Assembly (NCBI GenBank): GCA_963797555.1
Contig: CAWCPV010000016.1
Span: forward strand, 64,001-128,000
DNA: 64,000 bases
Direction of reading: 5' to 3'
Source: an uncultured Gammaproteobacteria bacterium
Lineage (GTDB): Bacteria > Pseudomonadota > Gammaproteobacteria > CAWCPV01
Positions 32,802 through 43,794 of the stretch are shown piece by piece. Numbering within the stretch: position 1 is the stretch's first letter; each line of letters begins with the position of its first letter. Position numbers and translations under genes: made by a program. The notes below the pieces were generated by a model. That model was given only the letters and a program-made list of their open reading frames with translations. It did no database searches and was not told the DNA's origin.

Positions 32802-33348
32802 CCAACTCCTGGAGAGCTACCGCCGCCACGTCTCGCTGGCCCCGCGCGGCCACCTCCCGCTCAGCCAACGGGTCTGGTTCGTCGTCTATCCTCCCGAGGA
32901 GGAGCGGCGCATGGTGAACCGCATCCCGGAGTTCGAGATCGCAACGCGCGACAAGGGCTGGGGTTGGCGACGCATCGATCTGAAAGGAGCGTTCGCCGAT
33001 TGGATGGACACCTTCGATCCGGAGGAACGCAAGAAGTGCCTCGCCGACCCCGACATCGTCGAGACCTATGCCGATCCCGGCTTTGCCGAGTACCTCGGAG
33101 ATCGGCTGCGGCGCGAGCTGGATTCCGTACCCGAGGCCGACGCCGTGAATACCGTCTTCGCGATATCCGGGCTGATGGACCTGTACGACTTCGCCCACGT
33201 CTCTGCCGTGATCGAGACCCTGGATAGCCACCTGCCAGGCGTCGTTGTCCTGTTCTTCCCAGGGGAGCGCGAGGGCAACACCTATCGCTTTCTCGGCGCC
33301 CGCACGGGCTGGAACTACCTCGCCACCCCGATCCTCGCGGAAGGCTGA
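32788..33348 (+). CDS. brxB: BREX BrxB (DUF1788)
   Basis: VVYPPEEERR, VLFFPGE...N.YRFL..R.GWNYLA; directly before the ATPase. Confidence 0.82.
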   Translation: MARIDQLLESYRRHVSLAPRGHLPLSQRVWFVVYPPEEERRMVNRIPEFEIATRDKGWGWRRIDLKGAFADWMDTFDPEERKKCLADPDIVETYADPGFAEYLGDRLRRELDSVPEADAVNTVFAISGLMDLYDFAHVSAVIETLDSHLPGVVVLFFPGEREGNTYRFLGARTGWNYLATPILAEG

Positions 33349-33350
33349 AC

Positions 33351-36300
33351 ATGAAGACCCGAGAGCTGTTCCTGAAAGACCCGCTGACCTGGCAGATCGC
33401 CAACGAAGGCGTTTCCAGCAACAACGTGGAAGACCTCGACACGCTGCGCTACGAGCTGGAAACCTTCGTCTGCCAGGGCGAATACCGCTCAGGTCTTGCC
33501 AAGATCCTCCAGGGCTATCTGGACAATCTCGGGAAAGAGCAGAAGGCGGCCTGGGTCAGCGGCTTCTACGGCAGCGGCAAATCGCACCTGGTCAAGGTCC
33601 TGCGCTACCTCTGGACCGATTTTCCCCTCGCCCGGCGGTATCACCGCGCGCACCCTGGCAACCCTGCCCGAAGACATCACGGATCTGCTGAAAGAGCTGA
33701 GCACCCGCGGAAAACAAGGAGTCGGTCTGCACAGCGCGGGCGGCACCATGAAGGCGGGCGTCGGCAGTGTGCGCCTGCGCCTCCTCGGCATCGTCCTGCT
33801 TTCCGTGCGGCTGCCCGAGAACCTGTCTCTGGCCCGTCTGCAGATGGACCTGCGCGACGACGGCAAGCTGGACGACCTGCGCGACCGCATCGGCCAGGCG
33901 GGCAAGGACCCGGCCACCGAGCTGGGTAGGTTCTATACCTCGCAGGCGCTGCAAGAAGCCTATCTGGCAAGCTATCCCCACCTGGGCGACATCGCGAACG
34001 TCAGTCAGGCGCTGCGCGCCCAGTATCCCCCCAAGGTCGACGACATCAGCATCGACCAAATGCTCGCCATCGTCCGCCGCGCCCTCGCCAGGGAACGGCC
34101 AGCTTCCGTGCACCGTGGTGGTGTTGGACGAGGTCCAGAGTTTCATCAACAACAACCCCGACATCGCCCACGACGTGCAGGAGGTGGTGGAGGCCCTCTC
34201 CAAGGAGCTGGACGGCCGCGTGCTGGTGGTCGGCACCGGCCAGAGCGCACTGACAGACACTCCCACCTTGCAGCGCCTCATGGGACGGTTCACCACCAAG
34301 GTCCACTTGAAGGACAACGATGTCGAGAAGGTCGTGCGTACCGTCGTCCTGCAGAAGAAGGAGCAGGCCAAGGGGGCGATCGAGGATCTGTTCTCCAAGC
34401 GCTCGGGCGAGATTGCCCGGCAGCTCAAGGCCACGCGCATCGCCACGCGGGCGGAGGACGACGCGAGCTATGTTCCGGACTACCCGCTGCTGCCCGTGCG
34501 GCGCCGTTTCTGGGAGGAGGTCCTGCACAGTTGCGATCCGAGCGGCACCGCGGCGCAAATGCGTACCCAACTGCGCGTCACCCACGAGGCGTGCCGCTCG
34601 GTGGCGGACAGCCCCTTGGGCGCCATCATCCCCGCGGACTTCATCTACGACCAGCAGGCCAACGAGCTGGTCATTTCGGGCGAGCTTCAGAAGCGCTTCC
34701 AGGAGATCATCGAGGAGCAGAAGAGCCGTCGGGACGACGGCGCGCTGCGCAGCCGCATCTGCGCCCTGGTCTTCCTCGTCAACAAGCTGCCCCGCGACGG
34801 GGCCGACATCGGTGTGCGTGCCACCCCGGAGCACTTGGCCGACCTGCTCACCGACGACCTCGGCGACTCGGCCACCGACCTGCGCGCCAAGGTGCCCGGA
34901 CTGGTGCAGGATCTGGTCAACGACGGCGTCCTGATGGAGATCGAGGGCGAATACCACCTCCAGACCACGGAGGGCGCCGCCTGGGAGTCGGAGTTCCGGC
35001 GCCGGCGCGCTTCGCTCCTGAACAACGAGCCGCAGATTGCCGCCGAGCGCGGTCGGCTGCTCTCCAAGGCCATCCAGACCGAGCTGGCCGGCGTCAACGT
35101 GCTGCACGGCGCGGCCAAGGTGAAGCGCAAGGTTGCCCTGCACCACGGCATGGCCCCCCCGCCGGCCACGGACGACCTGGCCGTCTGGGTGCGCGACGGC
35201 TTCCAGGAGTCCGAGAGCGCCGTCATCCAGGATATTCGGAGCCGCAGCGTCGAGGACGCCACCATCCACGTCCTGGTCCCCAAGACCAAGGCCGACCTCC
35301 TGAAGAACGCCCTGGCCTCTGCGATCGCCGCCGAAGAGACCCTGAACTTCAAGGGCCAGCCCAGTGGCGACGAAGGCAAGGAAGCACGCAAGGGCATGGT
35401 CAGCCGGCAGGCGCGCGAGGAAGGCAAAGTCCAATCGCTGATCGCGGACATCGTCGGCGGCGCCCGGCTGTTCCTCTCCGGCGGGCAGGAGCTGCCGCCA
35501 AGCACCCTCGCGGAAGCCGTCGAGGATGCCGCGAAGGACGTGCTCGCCCGGCTGTATCCTCAGTTCCACGTCGCCGACTCGGCCAACTGGCCCACCGTCT
35601 GGAAGAAGGCCAAGGAAGGCAACCCCGGCGCACTGGAGGCCGTCAATCATCCTGGCGACCCCCACAAGCACCCCGTCACCGCGGCCATCATCGGCTACGT
35701 CGGCGCCGGCAAGAAGGGCTCGGAGATCGTCTCCCACTTCACCGGCGGCAGCTTCGGCTGGCCCAAGGACGCGGTCGATGCATGCATCGCCGTGCTCATG
35801 GTCAGCGGCCACCTCGGCGCCCGTATCCAGGGCCAGCCGGTCAAGCTCGCCGATCTGGACCAACGGAGGATCGGCCAGGCGGACTTCCGGGTCGAGCATC
35901 CGGTCCTCACGGCCGCCCAGAAGCTCAAGATCAAGAAGCTGTTCCAGGCCGCCGGCTACAAGTTCCAGCCCGGTGACGAGGCGGGTGCCGCACCCGGGTT
36001 CGTAGCTCGCTGAAGCAACTGGCACAGGCGGCCGGGGGTGACCCGCCGGCACCCGCCGCACCCCATTCCCCGGCGATCACGGCCCTGGAGGGTCTTACCG
36101 GCAACGACCTGCTGTTCGGGCTCCACGAGAACGCCGACGACCTCACCCAGGCCATCGCCGACTGGAAGGCCACGGCCGGCAAAATCGCGCAGCGCTTGCC
36201 CGCATTCGCCCTGGCCGAGCAGTTGGTCGAACAGGCGGCCGGCATCGACGGCATGGACGCCCAGGCGCCCACCCTGGCGGCCATCCGCATCAACCGCTCC

Positions 36301-36766
36301 GTGTTGGACGAGCCGGACCCGAGCGCGAGCGTCCTCAAGGCCGTCGGCACGGCGCTGCGCGCCGCGTTATCGGGCGTCCACGGGCACTACAGCGCCACCC
36401 TGGCTGCCGAGCAGTCCAAGCTCGATGCCCATCCCGCCTGGCAGGCCCTGCCGGCACCCAAGCGGACCGAGCTGCTCCAATCCGCGGGCATCACTGCCCT
36501 GCCCTCGCCGGCCACGCACTCCGACGACGAGCTGCTGACGCCCTGAAGGGCCGAGACCTGTCGGCCTGGCGGACCCTCGCCGACGCCTTGCCGACCCGCT
36601 TCGCCTATGCTTTGGCGACGGCCATCAGGGAGGCCGAGCCCAAGGCCCGGCGCATCAGCCTGCCGGGCGCGACCATCCATAGCACCAGGCGGAGCTGGAG
36701 GAATGGCTGGACCAGGCGCGGGCGGAGATAGAGGCGGCGCTGGCCGGGGGGCCGGTGATCTTATGA
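33351..36766 (+). CDS. brxC: BREX P-loop ATPase BrxC, about five frameshifts
   Basis: LRYELETFVC, WVSGFYGSGKSH, VVLDEVQ, V..VVL.KK, DYPLLP; ends GPVIL*. Confidence 0.9.
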
Positions 36767-36827
36767 GAGGTTTGTGCTAGGTCTGTGCTCTCGATTCATC
36801 CTACTAACTGCGGTTTTTAGGTTTTGC

Positions 36828-37008
36828 TATACCCGTCAGCAGGGCGGTGACATGCTGATCGTCGAGGACGTGCCCTGCATCCAGTGCGACTACTGCGGCG
36901 AGGAGTACTCGAGATCGATACCCTGAAGAGGATCGAGGCCGATCACGCTGCGCTGCTCGCGCGCCAGAAGCGCCCGAGCCGCACCCTTCATGTGCGGTGG
37001 AAGACTAG
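36828..37008 (+). pseudogene. YgiT/MqsA-type zinc-finger remnant
   Basis: MLIVEDVPCIQCDYCGEEY; first CxxC and partner toxin gene absent. Confidence 0.72.
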
Positions 37009-37084
37009 GGTGTTGTAGGGCGTGACGTCGCACGCGGGGGAGGGGGGCATGAAAGACCAGGCGAATTGGGCTTCGCCAATTACC

Positions 37085-37387
37085 TCATGCCTCGCGCGGT
37101 CTGACCTCGCTCGCAATGGCCGCGCCGAGATCCCGCTCGGCCACCTTCAAGTCATAGCTGGCCTGGAGGTTCAGCCAGGACTGGGCATCGCCGCCGAAAT
37201 AGCGCGCCAGCCGCAAGGCCGTGTCCGGAGTCACGGCCCGCCGCTCCTTGACGATCTCATGCAGCCGTGTAGCTGGCACACGCAGGGCCTGGGCCAGCGC
37301 GTTTACACTTAGGTTCAACGGCGCCAGGAAATCCTCCCGCAGGATCTCACCCGGGTGCACCGGGCGCATGCGATTGATGGGTGTCAT
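37085..37387 (-). CDS. higA: HigA antitoxin (HTH)
   Basis: MRPVHPGEILREDFL, TPDTALRLARYFG, WLNLQASYDL. Confidence 0.93.
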   Translation of the reverse strand: MTPINRMRPVHPGEILREDFLAPLNLSVNALAQALRVPATRLHEIVKERRAVTPDTALRLARYFGGDAQSWLNLQASYDLKVAERDLGAAIASEVRPREA

Positions 37388-37400
37388 GGGGGTAACCTCT

Positions 37401-37445
37401 TCAGTGGTAATCGACGATCTCCACCTCATACGCATCGGTGGACAT
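37401..37445 (-). pseudogene. higB: HigB toxin reduced to 14 codons
   Basis: Reads MSTDAYEVEIVDYH*, the typical HigB C-terminus, just upstream of higA. Confidence 0.85.
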
Positions 37446-37653
37446 GATAACCCGCGACGTAATACGCCAAGCGTTAGATTTGCTCATGCGCTTGAAACCG
37501 GGCAATCCGGTCGAATGACCATCGGGTCCGATGGAACCAATCAGGCCGGGCGCCCCTCGCGGCGTGGCCCCTCAGATTCTAGTCGGACTGGAAGCTGTGC
37601 GTCCCTTGTACTAACATTCTTGGCTGTCTTTCGATCACACCCAAAGGTGCGCC

Positions 37654-37956
37654 ATGACATCCACTTCGACCACATCTCCGCCTCGCGCGCCGCGCTCTGC
37701 CCGCCTGGGTCTCCGCGCCACGCCGGAGCAAGAGCGTGTGCTGCGCCGCGCCGCGGACGTCGCCCACAAGTCCCTGACCGACTTCATTCTGGAGAGCGCC
37801 TGCCAGGCGGCGGAGCAAACGCTGATCGACCAGCGGCTGTTCGTCGTCTCCGGCGATCAAGCCCAATCCCTCCTGGACCTGCTGGAGCGGCCCGCCGAGG
37901 ACAACGCGGGCCTGCGCGACCTGTTTTCCCGTCCGGAGCCCTGGGAGACGCGATGA
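37654..37956 (+). CDS. DUF1778 (TacA/AtaR-like) RHH antitoxin
   Basis: RLGLRAT.EQ..L.RAA....SLTDFILESA; ATGA overlap with GNAT. Confidence 0.9.
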   Translation: MTSTSTTSPPRAPRSARLGLRATPEQERVLRRAADVAHKSLTDFILESACQAAEQTLIDQRLFVVSGDQAQSLLDLLERPAEDNAGLRDLFSRPEPWETR

Positions 37957-38456
37957 GCCTCCGCCCGCCGGAGCCGTTGCATGCGGACCACCGCATCGAC
38001 GCCTTCGACTGCGGCAAGCCGGCCCTCGATATCTGGCTAACCCGCTACGCGCGCCAAGCCCAGGCCAGCGGGTCGGCCAAGACCTTCATCGTCAGCGATG
38101 GCGACCAAGTGGCCGGCTACTACAGCCTGACGGTGGGGCAGGTGGATACCGCCGATGCCTCGCCGCGGTTGAGCAAGGGCATGGGCCGCCACCCGATTCC
38201 GGTCGTCATCCTGGCCCGGCTGGCGGTATCCACCCGCTACCAGGGCCGGGGTATCGGCACCGCGATGCTGCGCGACGCCATCCGCCGCACCCTCGCCATC
38301 GCCGAGCAGGCCGGCATCCGCGCCCTTCTGACACACCCCATCGACGACGCCGCGGCGCGTTTCTACCAGCGTTTCGGATTCAGGTCGTCGCCGCTCCGCG
38401 AGCAGCAATGGCTGCTGCTGCTCAAGGACGCCCGCCGCGTGCTCAAGGGCGAATAG
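37953..38456 (+). CDS. GNAT toxin (TacT/AtaT-like)
   Basis: FDCGKPALD.WL, GYYSL, LARLAV, QGRGIG, FYQRFGF. Confidence 0.9.
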   Translation: MSLRPPEPLHADHRIDAFDCGKPALDIWLTRYARQAQASGSAKTFIVSDGDQVAGYYSLTVGQVDTADASPRLSKGMGRHPIPVVILARLAVSTRYQGRGIGTAMLRDAIRRTLAIAEQAGIRALLTHPIDDAAARFYQRFGFRSSPLREQQWLLLLKDARRVLKGE

Positions 38457-38486
38457 ACCAATCACCGTACCGGCAAGGACCCCGCT

Positions 38487-41400
38487 ATGTCCGCCTCCCT
38501 GACCAAGGGCCAGCGGAACCTCCTCGCCCGCGTCACCCTGGAGGCGCGCGAGGTTGCCGAGACCGCCGCCCGCGCCGCACTGGAGAACCTCGCCGTCCAC
38601 GAGCAGGAGTACCGCGGCCACATGACGGTGGACCAACGCCTGCTGCGCAACCGGCTGAGGGCCCGCGGGCGCGCCCTGGGCGACCGGCTGGACCCGCGCA
38701 CCGGCACCCAGGCCATCGACCACCTCGCGGAGTCCGCGGCCTACGAGCACTGGCACCGGCTCCTCTTCACCCGTTTCCTGGCCGAGAACCACCTGCTGCA
38801 CACCGACGAGGCCCTCGGAACCGTGCCGGTCACCCTGGAGGAGTGCGACGAGCTGGCCGCGGAACTGGGCGCCCGCGACGGCTTCGAGCTGGCCTGCCGC
38901 TTCGCCTCCCAGACCCTGCCCGGCGTCTTCCGCCGCGACGACCCCGTGCTGGAGCTGCGCCTGGCGCCCAATCACGAGGTGCAGCTTCGCCGGCTGCTGG
39001 ACCAGCTCCCACCCGAAGTGTTCCGCGCCGACGACGCCCTGGGCTGGACCTACCAGTTCTGGCAGGCCAAGCGCAAGGAGCAGATCAACAGGTCCGGGGT
39101 CAAGATCGGCGCCGACGAGCTGCCCGCCGTCACCCAGCTCTTCACCGAGGACTACATGGTGGAGTTCCTGCTCCACAACAGCCTCGGCGCCTGGTGGGCG
39201 GGCCGCCGGGCGGCAGTGGACAGTGGCCAGTTGTCAGTGGCCAGTTGCCCCACCGAGGCCGATGCACGGCGGGCGGTTTCACTTCCCACGAAAGATGGGC
39301 TCCCGGGAATCGACTGGACCTACCTTCGCTTCGCCCGCTCCGACGCCGATGCGGAAAACGCAGCCCCGGACTCTCTGACCACCGATCACCGATCACCGGT
39401 CACTGCTCATTGGCGCCCCGCCGCCGGCACCTTCGACGGCTGGCCCAGGCATGCCGCCGAGATCCGCTTCCTGGACCCCTGCATGGGCAGCGGCCATTTC
39501 CTGGTCTTCGCCCTGCCGATCCTGGCGCGGCTGCGGGTGGAAGAGGAAGGGCTCGCGGCGGCCGAGGCCGTCGCCGCCGTGCTGCGGGACAACCTGCACG
39601 GGTTGGAGATCGACGAGCGGTGCACGCAGATCGCGGCGTTCAATGTGGCGCTGACAGCGTGGCGGCTCGGTGGGTACCAGGCCGTTGCCGCCGCTGCACC
39701 TGGCCTGCTCCGGACTCGCGCCCACACCACGCGCGGACGCGCGGCGAGTCTACCGGTGCCGCCTGAGCGCGATCTGCCGGCTCCGAAGAGACCGTCTTTA
39801 CGGCCCCAAGGCCGGCATGGAGCGACTCTACGACCTGTTCAAAAGGCGCGCCGGTTCTGGGCAGCCTCATCAATCCCCGGGACCTGGGCAGCGACCTGTT
39901 CGACTGCCGAGTTTCACCATCTGCAGCCGCTGCTTGGAGAAGGCGCTGGCGCGAGAGGCCAGCGACATGACCCGCACGAGCTGGCCGTCACAGCACAGGG
40001 GGTGGCCAAGGCGGCGGAGATCCTGGCCGGCGCGGTTCCACCTCGTGGTCACCAACGTGCCCTATCTGGCCCGCGGGAAACAGTCGGACAACCTCAAGCA
40101 ACACTGTGAAGTCCGCTACCCGAGCGCCGAGAACGACCTCGCGAACTTGCTTCCTGGAGCGCTGTCTCGCATTCGCTGAGGAGTGCCGGCGTCCCGCCTG
40201 CGTTTCGCGGACCGGGACGGCCCGGCCCCACTGGTCGGTACCGTGCAGGTCGTCATGCCGCAGAACTGGCTGTTCCTGACCAGCTACCGCAAGCAGCGCA
40301 AGCGGCTGTTGCGGGAGGCGAGTTGGAATCTGTTGGGGCGGTTGGGCGAAGGCGTTCGAGACCACAAGCGGCGAGGTGGTCAACGATTCTGTTGACCCTG
40401 AGGAACCATCTCGCGCCCGAGGACTTCATGTGGCGGCCTGGATGTCAGCGCCCCGCGTGCGGTCGAGGAGAAGGCCGAAGGTCTGCGAGCGCGGGAGTGG
40501 TGTGAAGTGAGTCAGTGGGGGCAGTTGGGGAATCCAGACGGTGGGATAAGCATTCGATACCACAGTCCGGAAGAGACTACTCAGCGAATACTGCTGATGT
40601 CTGTTCAGGGCATCGCGACAGGCGACGATCCGCATTTACGATCCATATTTTTGGGAGTTAGCCGATCTAGCCAGCATGGGAGTCTGGCATGGTCGGTTGA
40701 AGAAACGCACACTATGGCAGGATTCTCAACGATTGGTGCTCGACGCAGAACGGATTGGCGGCGATACTAGAACAGCTCTCCGCCGGTCCAAGGCCGCAGC
40801 CGTATGGACGCGATCGGACAAGGCGGCAGAGGCTTGGGGAAGAGACGGCGTCGCCGTCGGCCTAATGCGGGACCTTGCCCGCAGCCTGTATGCTGGTGCG
40901 AAGTTCGACACAAACTGTCTGCGCGCTCGTACCGCGCAACCATCGATGACCTCGCCGCCATCTGGTGCTTCTGCTCCTCCCCAGCCTTCAACGAAAGCGT
41001 GCGCCGCATCGATCAAAAGCTCAACGTGACTAATGCCACCCTAGTCAAGGTCCCCTTCGACCTCGCCCACTGGCAAAAGGTCGCCGCCGAGAAATACCCC
41101 CACGGCCTCCCCAAGCCCCACTCCGACGACCCCACCCAATGGCTCTTCAACGGCCACCCCAAGGGCTCGGATCAACCCCTCCAAGTCGCCGTCGCCCGCC
41201 TGCTCGGCTACCGCTGGCCGCGCCAGACCGGCTCCGAGTTCCCCGACTGCCCGGCCCTCGGCCCCGACGGGCTGGAGGACTACGCCGATGCGGACGGTAT
41301 CGTCTGCCTGCCGCCGATCAACAGGGAGCAGCCCGCCGCCGCCCGGCTGCGCAACCTGCTCGCCGCCGCCTTCGGTGCCGACTGGAGCCCCTCCCGCGAG

Positions 41401-42104
41401 CGCGACCTGCTGGCCGCTACGGGCGCCAAGCAGACCAACCTGGAGGACTGGCTGCGGGACGCCTTCTTCGAGCAGCACTGCCGGCTCTTCCACAACCGCC
41501 CCTTCATCTGGCACCTCTGGGACGGCCGCAAGGACGGCTTCCACGCCCTGGTCAATTACCACCGACTCGACCACGCCATGCTCCAGAAGCTCACCTACAG
41601 CTACCTCGGCGACTGGATACGCCAGCAGGAGGCCGACACCAAGGCCGACAAACCCGGCGCCGCCGAGCGCCTCGGCGCCGCGCGCGTCCTCGAGGCCGAA
41701 CTGGTTAAGCATCCTGCAGGGGGAGCCCCCCTACGACATATTCATCCGCTGGAAGCCGCTCAAGGAGCAACCCCTCGGCTGGCAACCCGACCTGAACGAC
41801 GGCGTCCGCCTCAACATCCGCCCTTTCATGTTCGCAAAAGACGTGGGCAAGAAAGGCGCCGGCATTCTCCGCGCCAAGCCCAACATCAAATGGGACAAGG
41901 ACCGCGGCAAAGAGCCCCACCGGGACAGGGCCGACTACCCCTGGTTCTGGCACGACGACCGAGCCGCCCACCGACTGCCCCGGCGGCCCCGAGTTCACTG
42001 GCCACCGCTGGAACAACGTCCACCTCACCCTCGCCCGCAAGCGCGGCGCGCGACAGGGCGCGGGGCGTCCCGCACCGGATCGAGGTCAAGACTCCCGCAA
42101 CTGA
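38487..42104 (+). CDS. pglX: BREX adenine methyltransferase PglX/BrxX, many frameshifts
   Basis: LGWTYQFW, PAVTQLFTEDYMV, motif I LDPCMGSGHF, motif IV-like VVTNVPY, FHNRPFIWH, PDLNDGVRLNIRPF; end approximate. Confidence 0.9.
39214..39409. repeat. Two oppositely oriented 5x heptamer arrays inside pglX
   Basis: cagtgga-cagtggc-cagttgt-cagtggc-cagttgc (39214-39248) and ctgacca-ccgatca-ccgatca-ccggtca-ctgctca (39375-39409). Confidence 0.8.
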
Positions 42105-42188
42105 CCATGCGGTTCTGGGATGGCCTGCTGATACCACTTCCTAATATTCAGTGGTATAAGAATGCCGAGACATACATGGAGACCGGAG

Positions 42189-42428
42189 ATGAAGAACACC
42201 AGCGTGACGCTCGGCGCGCACTTCGAGCAATTCATTGCCGAGCAGATTGCCCAAGGGCGCTACGGTTCCGCCAGTGAGGCGGTCCGCGCGGGATTGCGGC
42301 TTCTGGAGGAATACGAGACGAGACTGGCCGCCTTGCGTCAGGCGCTCAAGAACGGCGAAGAAAGCGGTCGGGCCGACTACTCCTTGCAAGGGCTGATCGA
42401 CGAGCTCGACAACGAAAGCACGCACTGA
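42189..42428 (+). CDS. parD: ParD-family antitoxin
   Basis: NTSVTLG.HFE.FI...GRY.SASE.VR.GLRLLE. Confidence 0.9.
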   Translation: MKNTSVTLGAHFEQFIAEQIAQGRYGSASEAVRAGLRLLEEYETRLAALRQALKNGEESGRADYSLQGLIDELDNESTH

Positions 42429-42760
42429 TGCCGCGGTTCGTGCTGACCAACGCCGCCAAGGCGGACCTCGAGTCCATCGGCCGCTATACGCAAGACAAGT
42501 GGGGCAGGGAGCAGCGCAACCGCTACCTGGCGCTCCTGGACGCGAGCTTTCACGACTTGGCAGGCAATCCGCTCCTAGGACGGGACTGTAGCGACATCCG
42601 CGCCGGCTATCGCCGCTATGGGTTCGGCAAGCACCTTGTCTTCTATCGCCAGAACGACAGCGATCACATCGAGATCGTCCGCATTCTGCATGAACGCATG
42701 GACGCGGAAGGTTCGCCTGTCCGCTTCCTGAACCAGCCCAGACGACCAGCTTGTGCTTAA
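42428..42760 (+). CDS. parE: ParE-family toxin
   Basis: LT.AA.ADL..I..YT...WG..Q, H.VFYR, IVRILHERMD. Confidence 0.9.
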   Translation: MPRFVLTNAAKADLESIGRYTQDKWGREQRNRYLALLDASFHDLAGNPLLGRDCSDIRAGYRRYGFGKHLVFYRQNDSDHIEIVRILHERMDAEGSPVRFLNQPRRPACA

Positions 42761-42816
42761 GCAAGGGAGGCGCGCTAGACTTCACGCAAGGTCAGACACA
42801 TTCAAAGGTGCATAGA

Positions 42817-43047
42817 ATGCGAGCCAACATCGTGCTGGACGAAGCGCTGGTCACGGAGGCCATGCGCTACGCCAATGTGAAGACCAAGCGGGAGCTGGTG
42901 GATCGGGCGCTGCGGGAGTTCGTCGCCGCGCGGCGCCGCCGCGATGTCTCGGATCTGTTCGGCAGGGTGCAGATCGATCCGGATTACGACTACAGGGCGG
43001 ACCGCGCAGCACTGAGGCCGTTAGACGAAGTTGGCGGCAGGCGATAG
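42817..43047 (+). CDS. VapB-like (DUF2191-type) antitoxin, orphan
   Basis: MRANIVLDEALV.EA......TKRELV..AL; ends DPDYDYR; no PIN gene follows. Confidence 0.8.
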   Translation: MRANIVLDEALVTEAMRYANVKTKRELVDRALREFVAARRRRDVSDLFGRVQIDPDYDYRADRAALRPLDEVGGRR

Positions 43048-43199
43048 AGCTTGCGACGCGGCTCTGAGTGAAGCCGTCCTCGACCGTCCGACCGACAGGC
43101 TGCGCAAAGCGGCCATGTACAACCGTCTCGGCCTCGCGGCCCGGTCCGTGGTTTAAGATCGCCACCACTCGCTCACGCAACGATTGGGAGCCACCCCCC

Positions 43200-43463
43200 A
43201 TGAACGCCGCACCTGGCTCGATCACTCCCCTCGAATACCTGGAAGGCCGCATCACCGTCCATCCGGACATCTGTAACGGGCATCCGACCATCCGCGGCAT
43301 GCGGATCACGGTCGAGACAGTTCTCGGTTTCCTGAGCGCCGGCGATTCCCAGGCGGACATCCTGCGCCAGTACCCGTCGCTGGAGCCGGCGGACATCGAC
43401 GCCTGCCTGCGCTTCGCCGCCGACTTGATGGCCCATCGTTACACCCTGCAAAGCGTGGGCTGA
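43200..43463 (+). CDS. DUF433 antitoxin
   Basis: RITVHPDICNGHPTIRGMRITV, YPSLE..DI.ACL.FA. Confidence 0.9.
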   Translation: MNAAPGSITPLEYLEGRITVHPDICNGHPTIRGMRITVETVLGFLSAGDSQADILRQYPSLEPADIDACLRFAADLMAHRYTLQSVG

Positions 43464-43794
43464 TGCCCCGCTTCGTGGTCTGCCGTAACGGTTCTCCATC
43501 CGGTCCGGCGAGGACTTTGTTCACATGCGGGACATCGGTGAGACCTGGACCGACTCCCAGATCTGGAAGTACGCCGAGGATCGAGACATGGTCATTGTCT
43601 CGAAAGATGCGGATTTCTCGGATCGGGCGATGATCAGCGTCCCGCCGCCGCGTATGGTCCACATCCGCTTCGGCAAGATGCGCATCCGGGACTTCCGTGA
43701 TCTGCTCTCCAGCATGTAGCCGCGCATCGTCGGCCTGAGCGCCAAGAACCGAATGGTGCAGTTCTATCAGGACCGAATCGAGACCATCGAGTGA
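43463..43794 (+). pseudogene. DUF5615 PIN-like toxin pseudogene
   Basis: D..IW.YA....VIVSKDADF; N-terminal DxN motif lost; in-frame TAG at 43717. Confidence 0.8.

Noticed and set aside
40-36061. Many long antisense or alternate-frame ORFs (e.g. 18427-20751, 29823-31367, 34046-36061)
   Set aside because: Shadows of real genes in high-GC DNA; no recognisable motifs
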